From Bacillota bacterium (GTDB lineage: Bacteria > Bacillota > Clostridia > Lachnospirales > Lachnospiraceae), in NCBI GenBank assembly GCA_023399055.1, contig JAEWQV010000034.1, positions 46,124 through 110,123 on the forward strand: a stretch of 64,000 nucleotides of DNA, read 5' to 3'. Position 1 is the stretch's first letter; the number at the start of each line of letters is the position of its first letter. This document shows positions 29,543-39,094 of the stretch, one piece after another. The position numbers and the translations under genes are program-made. The notes under the pieces were generated by a model, which made no database searches, was not told where the DNA came from, and saw only the letters and a program-made list of their open reading frames with translations.

Positions 29543-31543
29543 ATGAACAATAAAATATATTACAAAAAAATCATTATAAAGACAACGACTTTCTTGCTTC
29601 TGGCTCTTTCCTTGCTCTTATTCAACACAGTGAGTAAAAAGAATGAAATTAGCTTATTTGCAATAAGTAACGACCCATTCTCACAAGCACAGTGGTACCT
29701 GGATAATCCAGGAAGCTATACGAATCTATCCGGAGTGATGATGAATGAAGTTAAGTCTACTGCAGGGATAGATATGGATGTAGCTGATGCCTGGAGTGAG
29801 ATGAAAGGATCAGTAACAAAAAAACGTGAGGTAGTGGTTGCAATCATAGATACAGGAGTTGATTATTTACATCCAGATCTTGCAGATCATATGTGGATTA
29901 ATAAGGGTGAAATTCCTGGTGATAATATTGATAATGATAACAATGGCTACGTTGATGATATTTACGGTTGGGACTATTATAATAATGATAATACTATAGG
30001 GCATTATGTATATTCTAAAAAGTTTAATAAGAATATTGCATCCCCCTTAGATAACGACGATCATGGTACTCATATTGCAGGAATCATTGCAGCTATTGCC
30101 AATAATAATACAGGAATAGCGGGAATTGCTTCTAATATCAATATAAAGATAATGTCATTAAAAATTACTGGTGGTCCAGATGGTGATGGTGATTTAGCAG
30201 ATGCTAAAAAAGCTATTCAGTATGCAACTATGATGGGTGCAGACATTTGTAATTTAAGCTGGGGTACCAATATCTACTCGGCAGAGCTAGAAGAGACAAT
30301 GAGAGAGTCTGATATGTTATTTGTGGCAGCAGCAGGTAATACTGGCGACAATAATGATGTAATCCCAGTTTATCCGGCAAGTTTTGGACTGGATAACTTA
30401 ATATCCGTAACTTTCATTGATGCGGACGGAGAAATGACACCTTATTCAAATTATGGTATGAACTCTGTTGACATTGCGGCACCGGGTGAGGATATATACA
30501 GTACAATCGTAGGAGGTTACGGGGCAATGAGCGGTTCCTCCATGGCAGCACCTCAGGTTTCAGCTATAGCGGCGTTATTGTACGCATCTTCAGACCATTT
30601 ATATGCAGCCAATGTAAAAAATTTAATTGTTAATAATTTCAAGGAATTATCAGGGTTGACAGGATATATGGCACATGCAGGTATTCCAAGTGCACTCAGG
30701 GCGGTTAAGTCACTGGCTAAGTTAGATAAGGATAAGGATGCACCAATTATCAGCTTCCAGACAATTTATAATAAGGATAAGATGACGGTTCCAGTTTCGG
30801 TTGTGGATGGAGGAGCATCACAGGTCAGAGTTATAAAGTGGATATACGGTGTAAAAACTGTGGCAGATTTTAAACGAGGTGTAAATGGTACAACAATTAT
30901 CGGTGGTAAAGTTGATTTGACAAAGGCGGGTAACTATACCTTTTATGTGGCAGATTATGCAGGAAATGAAAGTGTGCAAGTTTATGAGGTGCTTGGCGAT
31001 ACCTCACCACCAAAACTAAATTCAAGTTTTAGGGTGGCGAGTGACTATAAAACAAGGACAGTCACGATTAATGTGAAGGATGAAGAAAGTGGTCTCAAGC
31101 GCTTAAAATATATGAAAGGAACAAAAAAAGCGCAGGATTTTCTTCCATCTGGAGCAGGAACAGAAATTGCAGTAAAGAATGGAAAAGGAAGTTTTAAAGT
31201 AAAGAAAGACGGAATATATACCATATTTGCAGTGGATAATAGGGGAAATATTTCTGTTAAGCCTATTATTATCAAAACAGTGAAAGCAACACAATTATCG
31301 CTTTCACAAACAAATATAAATTCAAAAGTCGGAGATACATTAGTACTTAGAGCGATTACCAGTCCTTCTGGAAGTACAGATGCCATTACATTTACCAGCT
31401 CGGATGATAAAATAGCTGAAGTTTCGATTACGGGTAAAGTTACTATGAAAGCAAAAGGGAAAGTATACATTACTGTAAAAACTGCCAGTGGTCTAAAAGC
31501 CAAGTGTTTAATCGTAGTAAACGCAGGGAAAGCCAGCACTTAA
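29543..31543 (+). CDS. Secreted S8 subtilisin-like peptidase with C-terminal Ig-like (Big_2) domain
   Basis: Triad IIDTG / HGTH / GSSMA; AAGN oxyanion motif; FTSSDDKIAEVS..GKVT. Confidence 0.92.
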   Translation: MNNKIYYKKIIIKTTTFLLLALSLLLFNTVSKKNEISLFAISNDPFSQAQWYLDNPGSYTNLSGVMMNEVKSTAGIDMDVADAWSEMKGSVTKKREVVVAIIDTGVDYLHPDLADHMWINKGEIPGDNIDNDNNGYVDDIYGWDYYNNDNTIGHYVYSKKFNKNIASPLDNDDHGTHIAGIIAAIANNNTGIAGIASNINIKIMSLKITGGPDGDGDLADAKKAIQYATMMGADICNLSWGTNIYSAELEETMRESDMLFVAAAGNTGDNNDVIPVYPASFGLDNLISVTFIDADGEMTPYSNYGMNSVDIAAPGEDIYSTIVGGYGAMSGSSMAAPQVSAIAALLYASSDHLYAANVKNLIVNNFKELSGLTGYMAHAGIPSALRAVKSLAKLDKDKDAPIISFQTIYNKDKMTVPVSVVDGGASQVRVIKWIYGVKTVADFKRGVNGTTIIGGKVDLTKAGNYTFYVADYAGNESVQVYEVLGDTSPPKLNSSFRVASDYKTRTVTINVKDEESGLKRLKYMKGTKKAQDFLPSGAGTEIAVKNGKGSFKVKKDGIYTIFAVDNRGNISVKPIIIKTVKATQLSLSQTNINSKVGDTLVLRAITSPSGSTDAITFTSSDDKIAEVSITGKVTMKAKGKVYITVKTASGLKAKCLIVVNAGKAST

Positions 31544-31673
31544 AAGATGAAATAATTTACTTATAGTTTTGCATAAATAATTAACAAGTCTATTGTAAAC
31601 TAAAAATATAATAGACTTGTCTTATGTTTTGTGTTATTATTGATAAATATCGAGAAAGCCTAAGAAAAATATA

Positions 31674-31702
31674 TTGACGGCACAACGTGTCTATGATATA
31701 TT
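31674..31702 (+). promoter_or_regulatory. sigmaA promoter of rpmG-secE-nusG
   Basis: TTGACG-N17-TATATT with extended TG. Confidence 0.65.
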
Positions 31703-31793
31703 TAGTAAGCGAAGAAAGAGGGCTTTTTTTTTATGCCTAAAAAACGGCCCAAATCAAGGTACATTTGCACAACAGAAATTGGAGGTGGATATT

Positions 31794-31943
31794 GTGCGCG
31801 TAAAAATTACACTTGCATGTACAGACTGCAAACAACGCAATTACAACACGATGAAAGAAAAGAAGTTACATCCAGACAGAATGGAAACTAAGAAATATTG
31901 TAAATTCTGTAGATCCCACACATTGCACAAAGAAACGAAATAA
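31794..31943 (+). CDS. rpmG: 50S ribosomal protein L33 (Zn-binding form)
   Basis: GTG start after [18 protein letters not shown]...[15 protein letters not shown]. Confidence 0.97.
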   Translation: MRVKITLACTDCKQRNYNTMKEKKLHPDRMETKKYCKFCRSHTLHKETK

Positions 31944-31965
31944 TTATTTGAAAGGAAATGAAGAC

Positions 31966-32175
31966 ATGGGAGAGATGGCTAATACGTCAACCGAAAAGGC
32001 TCCAAAGAGAAGCTGGTTTAAGGGAATTAAATCTGAGTTCAAAAAGATTATCTGGCCAGATAAAGAATACCTTGCAAAACAGACAGTTGCTGTCATATCA
32101 GTTACCATTGTTTTAGGAATAGTTATTTACGTTCTGGACTATGCAATCGAACGAGGTATTGCTTTCTTATTATAG
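31966..32175 (+). CDS. secE: Preprotein translocase SecE
   Basis: SEFKKIIWP + single TM; synteny. Confidence 0.95.
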   Translation: MGEMANTSTEKAPKRSWFKGIKSEFKKIIWPDKEYLAKQTVAVISVTIVLGIVIYVLDYAIERGIAFLL

Positions 32176-32193
32176 GATAAGGGTGATGAGGAT

Positions 32194-32718
32194 ATGTCAG
32201 AAGCAAATTGGTACGTTGTTCACACCTATTCAGGGTATGAGAACAAGGTAAAAGCGAACATTGAGAAGACAATTGAAAACAGAAAGCTGCAAGATCAGAT
32301 CGTAGAAGTATCTGTACCGATGCAGGACGTCATAGAAGTGAAGAATGGCGTTAAGAAACGGGTACAAAAGAAGATGTTTCCAGGATATGTACTGCTCCAT
32401 ATGGTCATGAATGATGATGTATGGTATGTGGTTCGTAATACCAGAGGTGTAACAGGCTTTGTTGGACCTGATTCAAAACAACCAGTTCCTTTGACTGACA
32501 CAGAAATGCGCAGCATGGGTATTAAAAACGATGATACGATCTCACTTGATTTTGAAGTTGGTGATACTGTAACCGTAATTTCCGGTGTATGGGAGAATAC
32601 TTCCGGTGTTATCAAACAAATCAATCCTCACAAGCAGATCGTTACCATCAGCGTAGACATGTTTGGTCGTGAAACACCTGTAGAAATTGGCTTTAGTGAA
32701 GTTAAGGTTCGTAATTAA
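32194..32718 (+). CDS. nusG: Transcription factor NusG
   Basis: WYVVHTYSGYENKV, FPGY, FGRETPVE. Confidence 0.98.
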   Translation: MSEANWYVVHTYSGYENKVKANIEKTIENRKLQDQIVEVSVPMQDVIEVKNGVKKRVQKKMFPGYVLLHMVMNDDVWYVVRNTRGVTGFVGPDSKQPVPLTDTEMRSMGIKNDDTISLDFEVGDTVTVISGVWENTSGVIKQINPHKQIVTISVDMFGRETPVEIGFSEVKVRN

Positions 32719-32921
32719 TTCATGACAAGTATTTCAAATAGGATGTTGGAGACAATCATTTCTAGGTTAACTTGTTCCACTTGCATGGACACCATGGATG
32801 CAAAAAAATGAAATGCGTGTATTAATGCACCATTAACAGTGAATGGTAAGGCATAATTCACTTAGTTAACGGCGCCGTTTATCGGCACAAAAGGTAAGTT
32901 TTATAACTTACGGCTCGTTAC

Positions 32922-32949
32922 GTGGGAGGGAAATTCCCGCAAACACCAC
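32922..32949 (+). ncRNA. Ribosomal protein L1-binding leader upstream of rplK
   Basis: GTGGGAGGGAAATTCCCGCAAACACCAC: two helices flanking a GGAG asymmetric loop, next to the RBS. Confidence 0.75.
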
Positions 32950-32970
32950 ATTATATGGAGGTATGCTATC

Positions 32971-33396
32971 ATGGCAAAAAAAGTTACAGGTTATATCAAA
33001 TTACAGATTCCAGCTGGCAAGGCTACACCGGCTCCTCCGGTAGGACCTGCACTCGGTCAGCACGGCGTGAACATTGTACAGTTCACAAAAGAATTCAATG
33101 CTAGAACAGCAGATCAAGACGGAATTATTACACCAGTAGTAATTACTGTATATGCTGACAGAAGCTTCAGCTTCGTTACAAAGACTCCTCCGGCAGCAGT
33201 TTTGATTAAGAAAGAACTTAATCTTAAGTCCGGTTCCGCAGTTCCTAACAAGACTAAGGTAGCAAAAATCACAAAGGCACAGATCAGAAAAATCGCTGAG
33301 CTTAAAATGCCTGATTTAAATGCAGCAAGCGTAGAAGCAGCTATGAGTATGGTTGCTGGTACTGCAAGAAGCATGGGCGTTACCGTAGTAGACTAA
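32971..33396 (+). CDS. rplK: 50S ribosomal protein L11
   Basis: [25 protein letters not shown]. Confidence 0.99.
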   Translation: MAKKVTGYIKLQIPAGKATPAPPVGPALGQHGVNIVQFTKEFNARTADQDGIITPVVITVYADRSFSFVTKTPPAAVLIKKELNLKSGSAVPNKTKVAKITKAQIRKIAELKMPDLNAASVEAAMSMVAGTARSMGVTVVD

Positions 33397-33449
33397 TCAG
33401 AATAAGACGGCATGGTTGAAAGAGACTATGCGATATAGAATCTAATAAC

Positions 33450-33554
33450 GTGGGAGGATATGCCGAATGTAGAAATCACATTCGACAGCAAATACGACTC
33501 TGTCGTATTCGCCAACGGAGTTCGAAGAATTTCGTTTTCTTCCGGTAAAACCAC
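33450..33554 (+). ncRNA. Second L1-binding leader upstream of rplA with expanded apical region
   Basis: GTGGGAGGA...TCCGGTAAAACCAC ends enclosing three hairpins; abuts SD AGGAGG. Confidence 0.65.
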
Positions 33555-33569
33555 TAGGAGGTTTATAGA

Positions 33570-34262
33570 ATGAAAAGAGGAAAGAAATATATAGACTCTG
33601 CAAAGTTAGTTGACAAATCCGTTCAATACGATGCAGTAGAAGCTATCGGCTTAGTTAAAAAAGCTGCTGTAGCAAAATTTGATGAGACAATCGAAGCACA
33701 CATCAGACTTGGTGTTGATGGTCGTCACGCTGATCAACAGGTTCGTGGTGCGGTAGTATTACCTCACGGAACAGGTAAAAAGGTTCGCGTTCTTGTATTT
33801 GCAAAGGGTGATAAGGCTAACGAAGCTTTAGCAGCTGGCGCTGATTTTGTTGGTGCTGATGATTTAATCCCTAAGATTCAGAATGAAAACTGGTTTGAAT
33901 TCGACGTAGTTGTTGCAACTCCTGACATGATGGGTGTTGTTGGTCGTTTAGGTCGTGTACTTGGTCCTAAGGGATTAATGCCAAACCCTAAGGCTGGTAC
34001 TGTAACTATGGATGTTACCAAAGCAGTTAACGATATCAAAGCTGGTAAGATTGAGTACAGATTGGATAAGACAAACATTATTCACTGTCCACTTGGAAAG
34101 GCTTCCTTTACACAGGAACAGTTAAATGATAACTTCCAGACTTTAATCGGTGCTGTTATCAAAGCTAAGCCATCCGCAGCTAAGGGTCAGTATTTAAAGA
34201 GCGTTACACTTGCTTCCACTATGGGACCTGGAGTAAAGCTTAACACAGCTAAATTAGGCTAA
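33570..34262 (+). CDS. rplA: 50S ribosomal protein L1
   Basis: [24 protein letters not shown]. Confidence 0.99.
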   Translation: MKRGKKYIDSAKLVDKSVQYDAVEAIGLVKKAAVAKFDETIEAHIRLGVDGRHADQQVRGAVVLPHGTGKKVRVLVFAKGDKANEALAAGADFVGADDLIPKIQNENWFEFDVVVATPDMMGVVGRLGRVLGPKGLMPNPKAGTVTMDVTKAVNDIKAGKIEYRLDKTNIIHCPLGKASFTQEQLNDNFQTLIGAVIKAKPSAAKGQYLKSVTLASTMGPGVKLNTAKLG

Positions 34263-34379
34263 TTAAAATATATGATTACTGCATAATTCATAAGGTATTT
34301 GTAGTATATACTTTAAGGTTATGCAGTAATATTAGGTAACAGTTATAAAAAATGCAATAAAACATTTAACAAATGAGGG

Positions 34380-34409
34380 TTGACATGCTTCGTGAAGTCG
34401 TGTTATAAT
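34380..34409 (+). promoter_or_regulatory. sigmaA promoter of rplJL
   Basis: TTGACA-N18-TATAAT with extended TG. Confidence 0.85.
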
Positions 34410-34426
34410 CGCATTTGTGAATAAGA

Positions 34427-34545
34427 CTGCCGAAGACAGTAGGTGCCGAAAGGCATAAGGTTTTAACCGCCTACCGAGGGAAAGTTAATTTAAATCGTAT
34501 GATTTTGTTGACCTCTTTCTGCTTTGGCAGGACGAGGCTTTTTTG
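34427..34545 (+). ncRNA. L10 leader (ribosomal protein L10(L12)4 attenuator)
   Basis: CCGAAGACAGTAGG...CCTACCGAGG core, then terminator-like stem with T-tract, upstream of rplJ. Confidence 0.85.
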
Positions 34546-34637
34546 TATTATGGGGATTAATTTATTGATCGATATGATACAGAGATAGAGCTTGTCGCTA
34601 AGTCGACAAGGCAAAAAGAAACAAGGAGGTGTACGTA

Positions 34638-35123
34638 ATGGCAAAAGTTGAATTAAAACAACCTATTGTAGAAGAAATTAAGGGCTATGTAGAAAACGCG
34701 AAAGCGGCTGTTTTAGTAGATTACCGTGGTTTAACCGTTGCTCAGGATACTGAACTTCGTAAGAAGTTAAGAGATGCTGGTGTGGTTTACAAGGTATACA
34801 AGAACACAATGCTTAACTTTGCATTCAAAGGAACTGCATATGAAGCTCTTGCTCAGAAGCTTGAAGGACCAACAGCTGTTGCTTTTGGTTTAGAAGATGC
34901 TACTGCTCCTGCAAGAATTTTATTTGAAGCTACAAAGACAATGCCTAAGCTTGAGCTTAAAGCAGGTGTTGTTGATGGAACTTACTATGATGAAAAAGGA
35001 ATTCAGGTTATCGCAACTATTCCTTCCAGAGAAGTTCTTATTTCCAAGTTACTTGGAAGCTTACAGTCACCAATTACAAACTTTGCTCGTGTTATTAAGC
35101 AGATCGCTGAGAAGCAGGCTTAA
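34638..35123 (+). CDS. rplJ: 50S ribosomal protein L10
   Basis: DYRGLTV..TELRKKLR, VYKNT, LEGPTA. Confidence 0.98.
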   Translation: MAKVELKQPIVEEIKGYVENAKAAVLVDYRGLTVAQDTELRKKLRDAGVVYKVYKNTMLNFAFKGTAYEALAQKLEGPTAVAFGLEDATAPARILFEATKTMPKLELKAGVVDGTYYDEKGIQVIATIPSREVLISKLLGSLQSPITNFARVIKQIAEKQA

Positions 35124-35267
35124 TTTTGGCTATAGTTGATCTGTTCGCAGATCACATAGACGTAGGTTTAATTACGAACATATTAAGCAATTTGTAAGAG
35201 ACTACTAAATGGTTATGATATAACCCGAAAATTATCAACTATTAAAATTATATGGAGGTATATTAAA

Positions 35268-35630
35268 ATGACAACTCAAGATTTTATCGAGGCAATTAAA
35301 GGCCTTACCGTTTTAGAATTAAATGATTTAGTAAAAGCATGTGAAGAAGAATTTGGTGTATCCGCAGCAGCAGGCGTTGTAGTAGCAGCTGGTCCTGCAG
35401 CAGAAGCTGAAGAAGAGAAGACTGAGTGGAATGTTGAGTTAACAGAAGCTGGTCCTAACAAAGTTAAGGTTATCAAAGTTGTTCGTGAAGTAACAGGCTT
35501 AGGCTTAAAAGAAGCTAAGGATCTTGTTGATGGAGCTCCTAAGATCGTTAAAGAAGGCGCTAACAAGGCTGAATCCGAAGATCTTAAGACTAAGTTAGAA
35601 GCAGAAGGCGCTAAGGTTACTTTAAAGTAA
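35268..35630 (+). CDS. rplL: 50S ribosomal protein L7/L12
   Basis: [21 protein letters not shown]. Confidence 0.99.
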   Translation: MTTQDFIEAIKGLTVLELNDLVKACEEEFGVSAAAGVVVAAGPAAEAEEEKTEWNVELTEAGPNKVKVIKVVREVTGLGLKEAKDLVDGAPKIVKEGANKAESEDLKTKLEAEGAKVTLK

Positions 35631-35648
35631 TTTTATTAATGCAAATTC

Positions 35649-35684
35649 AAGTAGGACTTTCCGTTGGAAGGTCCTACTTTTTTT
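35649..35684 (+). terminator. Intrinsic terminator after rplL
   Basis: AAGTAGGACTTT/AAGGTCCTACTT + T-tract. Confidence 0.9.
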
Positions 35685-35914
35685 ATTCACGACAAGTGAA
35701 ACGACTTGTTGTTTCATCTTGTTTCATTTAGTACTGAATAGCTAAATAAATAATACGTTATATTTAAGTACAATAATTTGAGGGTTTTATCATATACTCT
35801 ATTGTGGATGTGTTAATAATGAATCTTATGGACTCCTAGAAATAATTAATACATGGAAAGTTTCCTCTGTAACTTTCGCGCAAGTATATATCAAAAACTA
35901 GAAAGGACTAATTG

Positions 35915-36391
35915 ATGTCGCCTATGTCTGACCAGGATTTCTATACCTTTCGAGAATATTTGAGGAAAGAACACGAGTATTTATCTCCATCAGCCGAGGA
36001 TTATGTTGAGATGATCTATAGATTATCTAGAGAACATGGATTTACAAGAGTAAATGATCTTGCTACGGCTTTAAATGTTCAACCACCTTCGGTGACAAAA
36101 ATGATTCAAAAATTATCAGAAATGAAGTTATTAAAGTACGAAAAATATGGTTTTATTATTTTAGAGGCCCCAGGACTCGAAAAGGGTGAAGCACTACTTA
36201 AGAGACACAATATAGTGGAAAGCTTTCTGAAATTGCTTAATGTTAAAGAAGGACTGTTGGAGGAGACAGAAAAAATTGAACATATGATTAATAATGAAAT
36301 CTTATGCGGTATTCACGACTTAGTAGATTATTTTGATAAAAATCCTCGGTTGCTGAAAACCTTTAATGAATATCGCACCACTAGAGAATAA
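35915..36391 (+). CDS. mntR: DtxR/MntR-family metal-dependent regulator
   Basis: SAEDYVEMIY, LNVQPPSVTKM, RHNIVESFL, EKIEH. Confidence 0.85.
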   Translation: MSPMSDQDFYTFREYLRKEHEYLSPSAEDYVEMIYRLSREHGFTRVNDLATALNVQPPSVTKMIQKLSEMKLLKYEKYGFIILEAPGLEKGEALLKRHNIVESFLKLLNVKEGLLEETEKIEHMINNEILCGIHDLVDYFDKNPRLLKTFNEYRTTRE

Positions 36392-36461
36392 GGATAAGAG
36401 ACGGATGTATTAAATTCATCCATCCCTTATCCTTAACTATATATGCAAGTTTCATCCAGTA

Positions 36462-38579
36462 TTAGTCGAGACCCAGCAAACGGAATACGCTGGTTGTGAG
36501 AAAACAAACTACAATCGCTATACTAGTGGGTATGGCGAAGGATAGTAAGGTCCATTTAATGCTTTTTGTTTCCTTGCGTATTGTCAAAAGTGTGGTAGCA
36601 CAGGGCCAATGCAGTAAGCTAAATAGCATAGTATTTAAGGCAGTGAGGTGTGTCCAGCCGTTATCCACCAAGAGATTTTTTAGGGAGTCAAGACTATCAT
36701 ACTCAAGCATGGAACCTGAGGAGAGATAGCACATCATGAGGATGGGAAGGACAATTTCATTTGCAGGTAAGCCCAAAATAAAGGCCATTAGTATAAATCC
36801 ATCTAGACCTATTAAATTCGCAAAGGGGTCAAAAAAACCTGCCACATGACCGATGATGCTGATATCATTAATATAGATATTTCCTAAGATCCAGATGACT
36901 GCTCCAGCTGGTGCGGCTATAATAACAGCTCTCCATAATACAAATAAGGTACGGTCAATAACAGAGGTATAAATTACGCGGCCTATTTTAGGCACACGGT
37001 AGGGTGGTAGCTCTAAGGTGAAGGTAGAGGGAATACCTTTTAATAAAGTTTTAGACAGTAAGTAGGATACAAGTAAGGTTGTCATTATCCCTATAATAAT
37101 TAACACGGTTACGGATAATGCAGGTATAAGACCAAATTTGCTGGTTCCACCAAAAACTAAAAATATAGAGGAAATAGCAATTAAGGTAGGAAATCTGCCA
37201 TTACAAGGTACAAAGTTATTTGTTAACGTTGCAATTAAGCGTTCCCTGGGTGAGTCTATAATTCTGCAGGCAATTATTCCAGCAGCGTTACATCCGAACC
37301 CCATGCACATGGTTAGGCATTGCTTCCCATGCGTACAAGCTTTTTTAAACATATGGTCCATGTTGAAGGCAACACGAGGGAGAAACCCTAGGTCTTCAAG
37401 TATTGTAAAAAGAGGAAAGAAAATTGCCATAGGAGGGAGCATAACGGATACTACCCAAGCAAGAGTTCGAAAAAGACCTAAGATTAAAATTCCATGTAAC
37501 CAATCAGGTGCATTTAGGTACGCAAATAGCTGTGTTAATTTATCCTCAACACCAAATAAAAAGTCGGCAATTATTGAAGAAGGAACATTGGCCCCACTAA
37601 TTGTAATCCAAAAAACTAGTGCTAACGATAATAACATAATAGGGATACCAAATAACCGGGAGGTTATAATGTTATCTATTTTTCTGTCACGATTTGTACT
37701 TTTGCTATCCTCTGAAACACACATTTTTTTTATTTCTTCCGCTCGCTTGTAAATATGTTCTATAATGTGGTCTCTAATTGGGGGTAGTTCCTCTTTGAGC
37801 TTATTTAGTTGCATATGTGATTGTATTTCCTTTTGTACATTTTCATCCAAGTGGTCAAATAGTATTTGCTTAATTAAGTCATCACCATCCAGTGCTCGTA
37901 AGGCAAGCCATCTGCTTTTTACAAATGAGGCTCCATCCTCAATGAATTGCTGAATGTTTTTGACTTGTTCTTCCAGGAGATCGTCATAAAGAGCTACTTT
38001 AGCGCTAGGATTTAACTTTTTTGTTGTTAGTTTATAAATTGCTTCTTTAAGATCGTCAACACCTATGCCATTACGTGCCGAACTTAATATGACAGGGATG
38101 CCTAATTCTTTTTCGATTGTCTGTTGATCTATAAAGATTTTTTTCTTCTTTGCTTCATCAATTAGATTAATACATAATATGACCCGATCAGATAATTCCA
38201 TTACTTGATAAACAAGACTTAAGTTGCGTTCCAGACAAGTGGCATCTGCAACAACTACAATGGCATCCGGATTACCAAAGCATAAGAAGTTTCGTGCAAC
38301 TTCTTCTTCAGCAGAGGCTGGAAATAAGGAATATGTTCCTGGAAGATCAATTAAAATATTTTCTATGTTGTTGTAAGTAAATTCGCCGCGTGCATTTACA
38401 ACAGTTTTTCCCGGCCAGTTCCCTGTGTGCTGGTGTAAGCCGGTCAATGAATTAAATACAGTGCTTTTTCCTGTGTTAGGATTCCCAGCCAATGCAATTA
38501 CGTATTGACCTTCTTTCTTATCAATGTGAAAAGTATCAATTAGTGCTCCTATTTTTGTGGACTGAAAAGTTAATCCCAT
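36462..38579 (-). CDS. feoB: Ferrous iron transporter FeoB
   Basis: GNPNTGKS, NWPGKT, DLPG, GFGCN, VPC, ELPPY; start set at ATG 38579 after GGAGG. Confidence 0.95.
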   Translation of the reverse strand: MGLTFQSTKIGALIDTFHIDKKEGQYVIALAGNPNTGKSTVFNSLTGLHQHTGNWPGKTVVNARGEFTYNNIENILIDLPGTYSLFPASAEEEVARNFLCFGNPDAIVVVADATCLERNLSLVYQVMELSDRVILCINLIDEAKKKKIFIDQQTIEKELGIPVILSSARNGIGVDDLKEAIYKLTTKKLNPSAKVALYDDLLEEQVKNIQQFIEDGASFVKSRWLALRALDGDDLIKQILFDHLDENVQKEIQSHMQLNKLKEELPPIRDHIIEHIYKRAEEIKKMCVSEDSKSTNRDRKIDNIITSRLFGIPIMLLSLALVFWITISGANVPSSIIADFLFGVEDKLTQLFAYLNAPDWLHGILILGLFRTLAWVVSVMLPPMAIFFPLFTILEDLGFLPRVAFNMDHMFKKACTHGKQCLTMCMGFGCNAAGIIACRIIDSPRERLIATLTNNFVPCNGRFPTLIAISSIFLVFGGTSKFGLIPALSVTVLIIIGIMTTLLVSYLLSKTLLKGIPSTFTLELPPYRVPKIGRVIYTSVIDRTLFVLWRAVIIAAPAGAVIWILGNIYINDISIIGHVAGFFDPFANLIGLDGFILMAFILGLPANEIVLPILMMCYLSSGSMLEYDSLDSLKNLLVDNGWTHLTALNTMLFSLLHWPCATTLLTIRKETKSIKWTLLSFAIPTSIAIVVCFLTTSVFRLLGLD

Positions 38580-38619
38580 CCCAAACCTCCATGCGGGATA
38601 TAATATGTGACAGCTTTTG

Positions 38620-38853
38620 TTAAAATAGAGATGTAGCAACTGATATTAAAGAAGCTTCTTCTTTTCTTAATGCAATCATTGTACCTCTAATATTATAAAC
38701 GGTCGGGTCTCCGGAAGGACCTTTCCGTATAACTTCTACTCTTGTTCCCTTTGTTAGACCCAGTGCCAGCATTCTTTCTCTCAAGGTCCCGATTGATGAT
38801 AGGTCTAAAACGGTTGCATATTCTCCTGCAGAAATGTGATTAAGTGTTTGCAT
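38620..38853 (-). CDS. feoA: FeoA
   Basis: RMLALGLTKG...PSGDP...IALRKEEA. Confidence 0.95.
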   Translation of the reverse strand: MQTLNHISAGEYATVLDLSSIGTLRERMLALGLTKGTRVEVIRKGPSGDPTVYNIRGTMIALRKEEASLISVATSLF

Positions 38854-38914
38854 AGTGGTACCTCCTAATACGTACTAAAACATTTTGTAATATTTTCATG
38901 TTGAAGCTAATATC

Positions 38915-38993
38915 ATAGTATGCATGGGGATTATTGAATGTTACATAAAAGAAAAAAAGTTTGCGGAAGGAAAGAAAGTTAGTTGAAGGAAAG
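38915..38993 (-). promoter_or_regulatory. sigmaK/sigmaE-type promoter of feoAB with upstream tandem 19-bp repeat
   Basis: Minus strand ACA-N16-CATACTAT (38941-38915); AAAGTTTGCGGAAGGAAAG / AAAGTTAGTTGAAGGAAAG at 38956-38993. Confidence 0.55.
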
Positions 38994-39053
38994 ATGGGGA
39001 CGGAGAAAAATATAGCATAAAATTACAAAGAATTACATAAATTAACAATAATA

Positions 39054-39082
39054 TTGACATATTTATACATATATTATATAAT
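39054..39082 (+). promoter_or_regulatory. Perfect sigmaA promoter
   Basis: TTGACA-N17-TATAAT. Confidence 0.85.
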
Positions 39083-39094
39083 AAAACTACACTG

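Noticed and set aside
31700..32970. tRNA genes often found near rpmG/secE
   Set aside because: No cloverleaf or TTCGA T-loop with matching stems seen in these spacers
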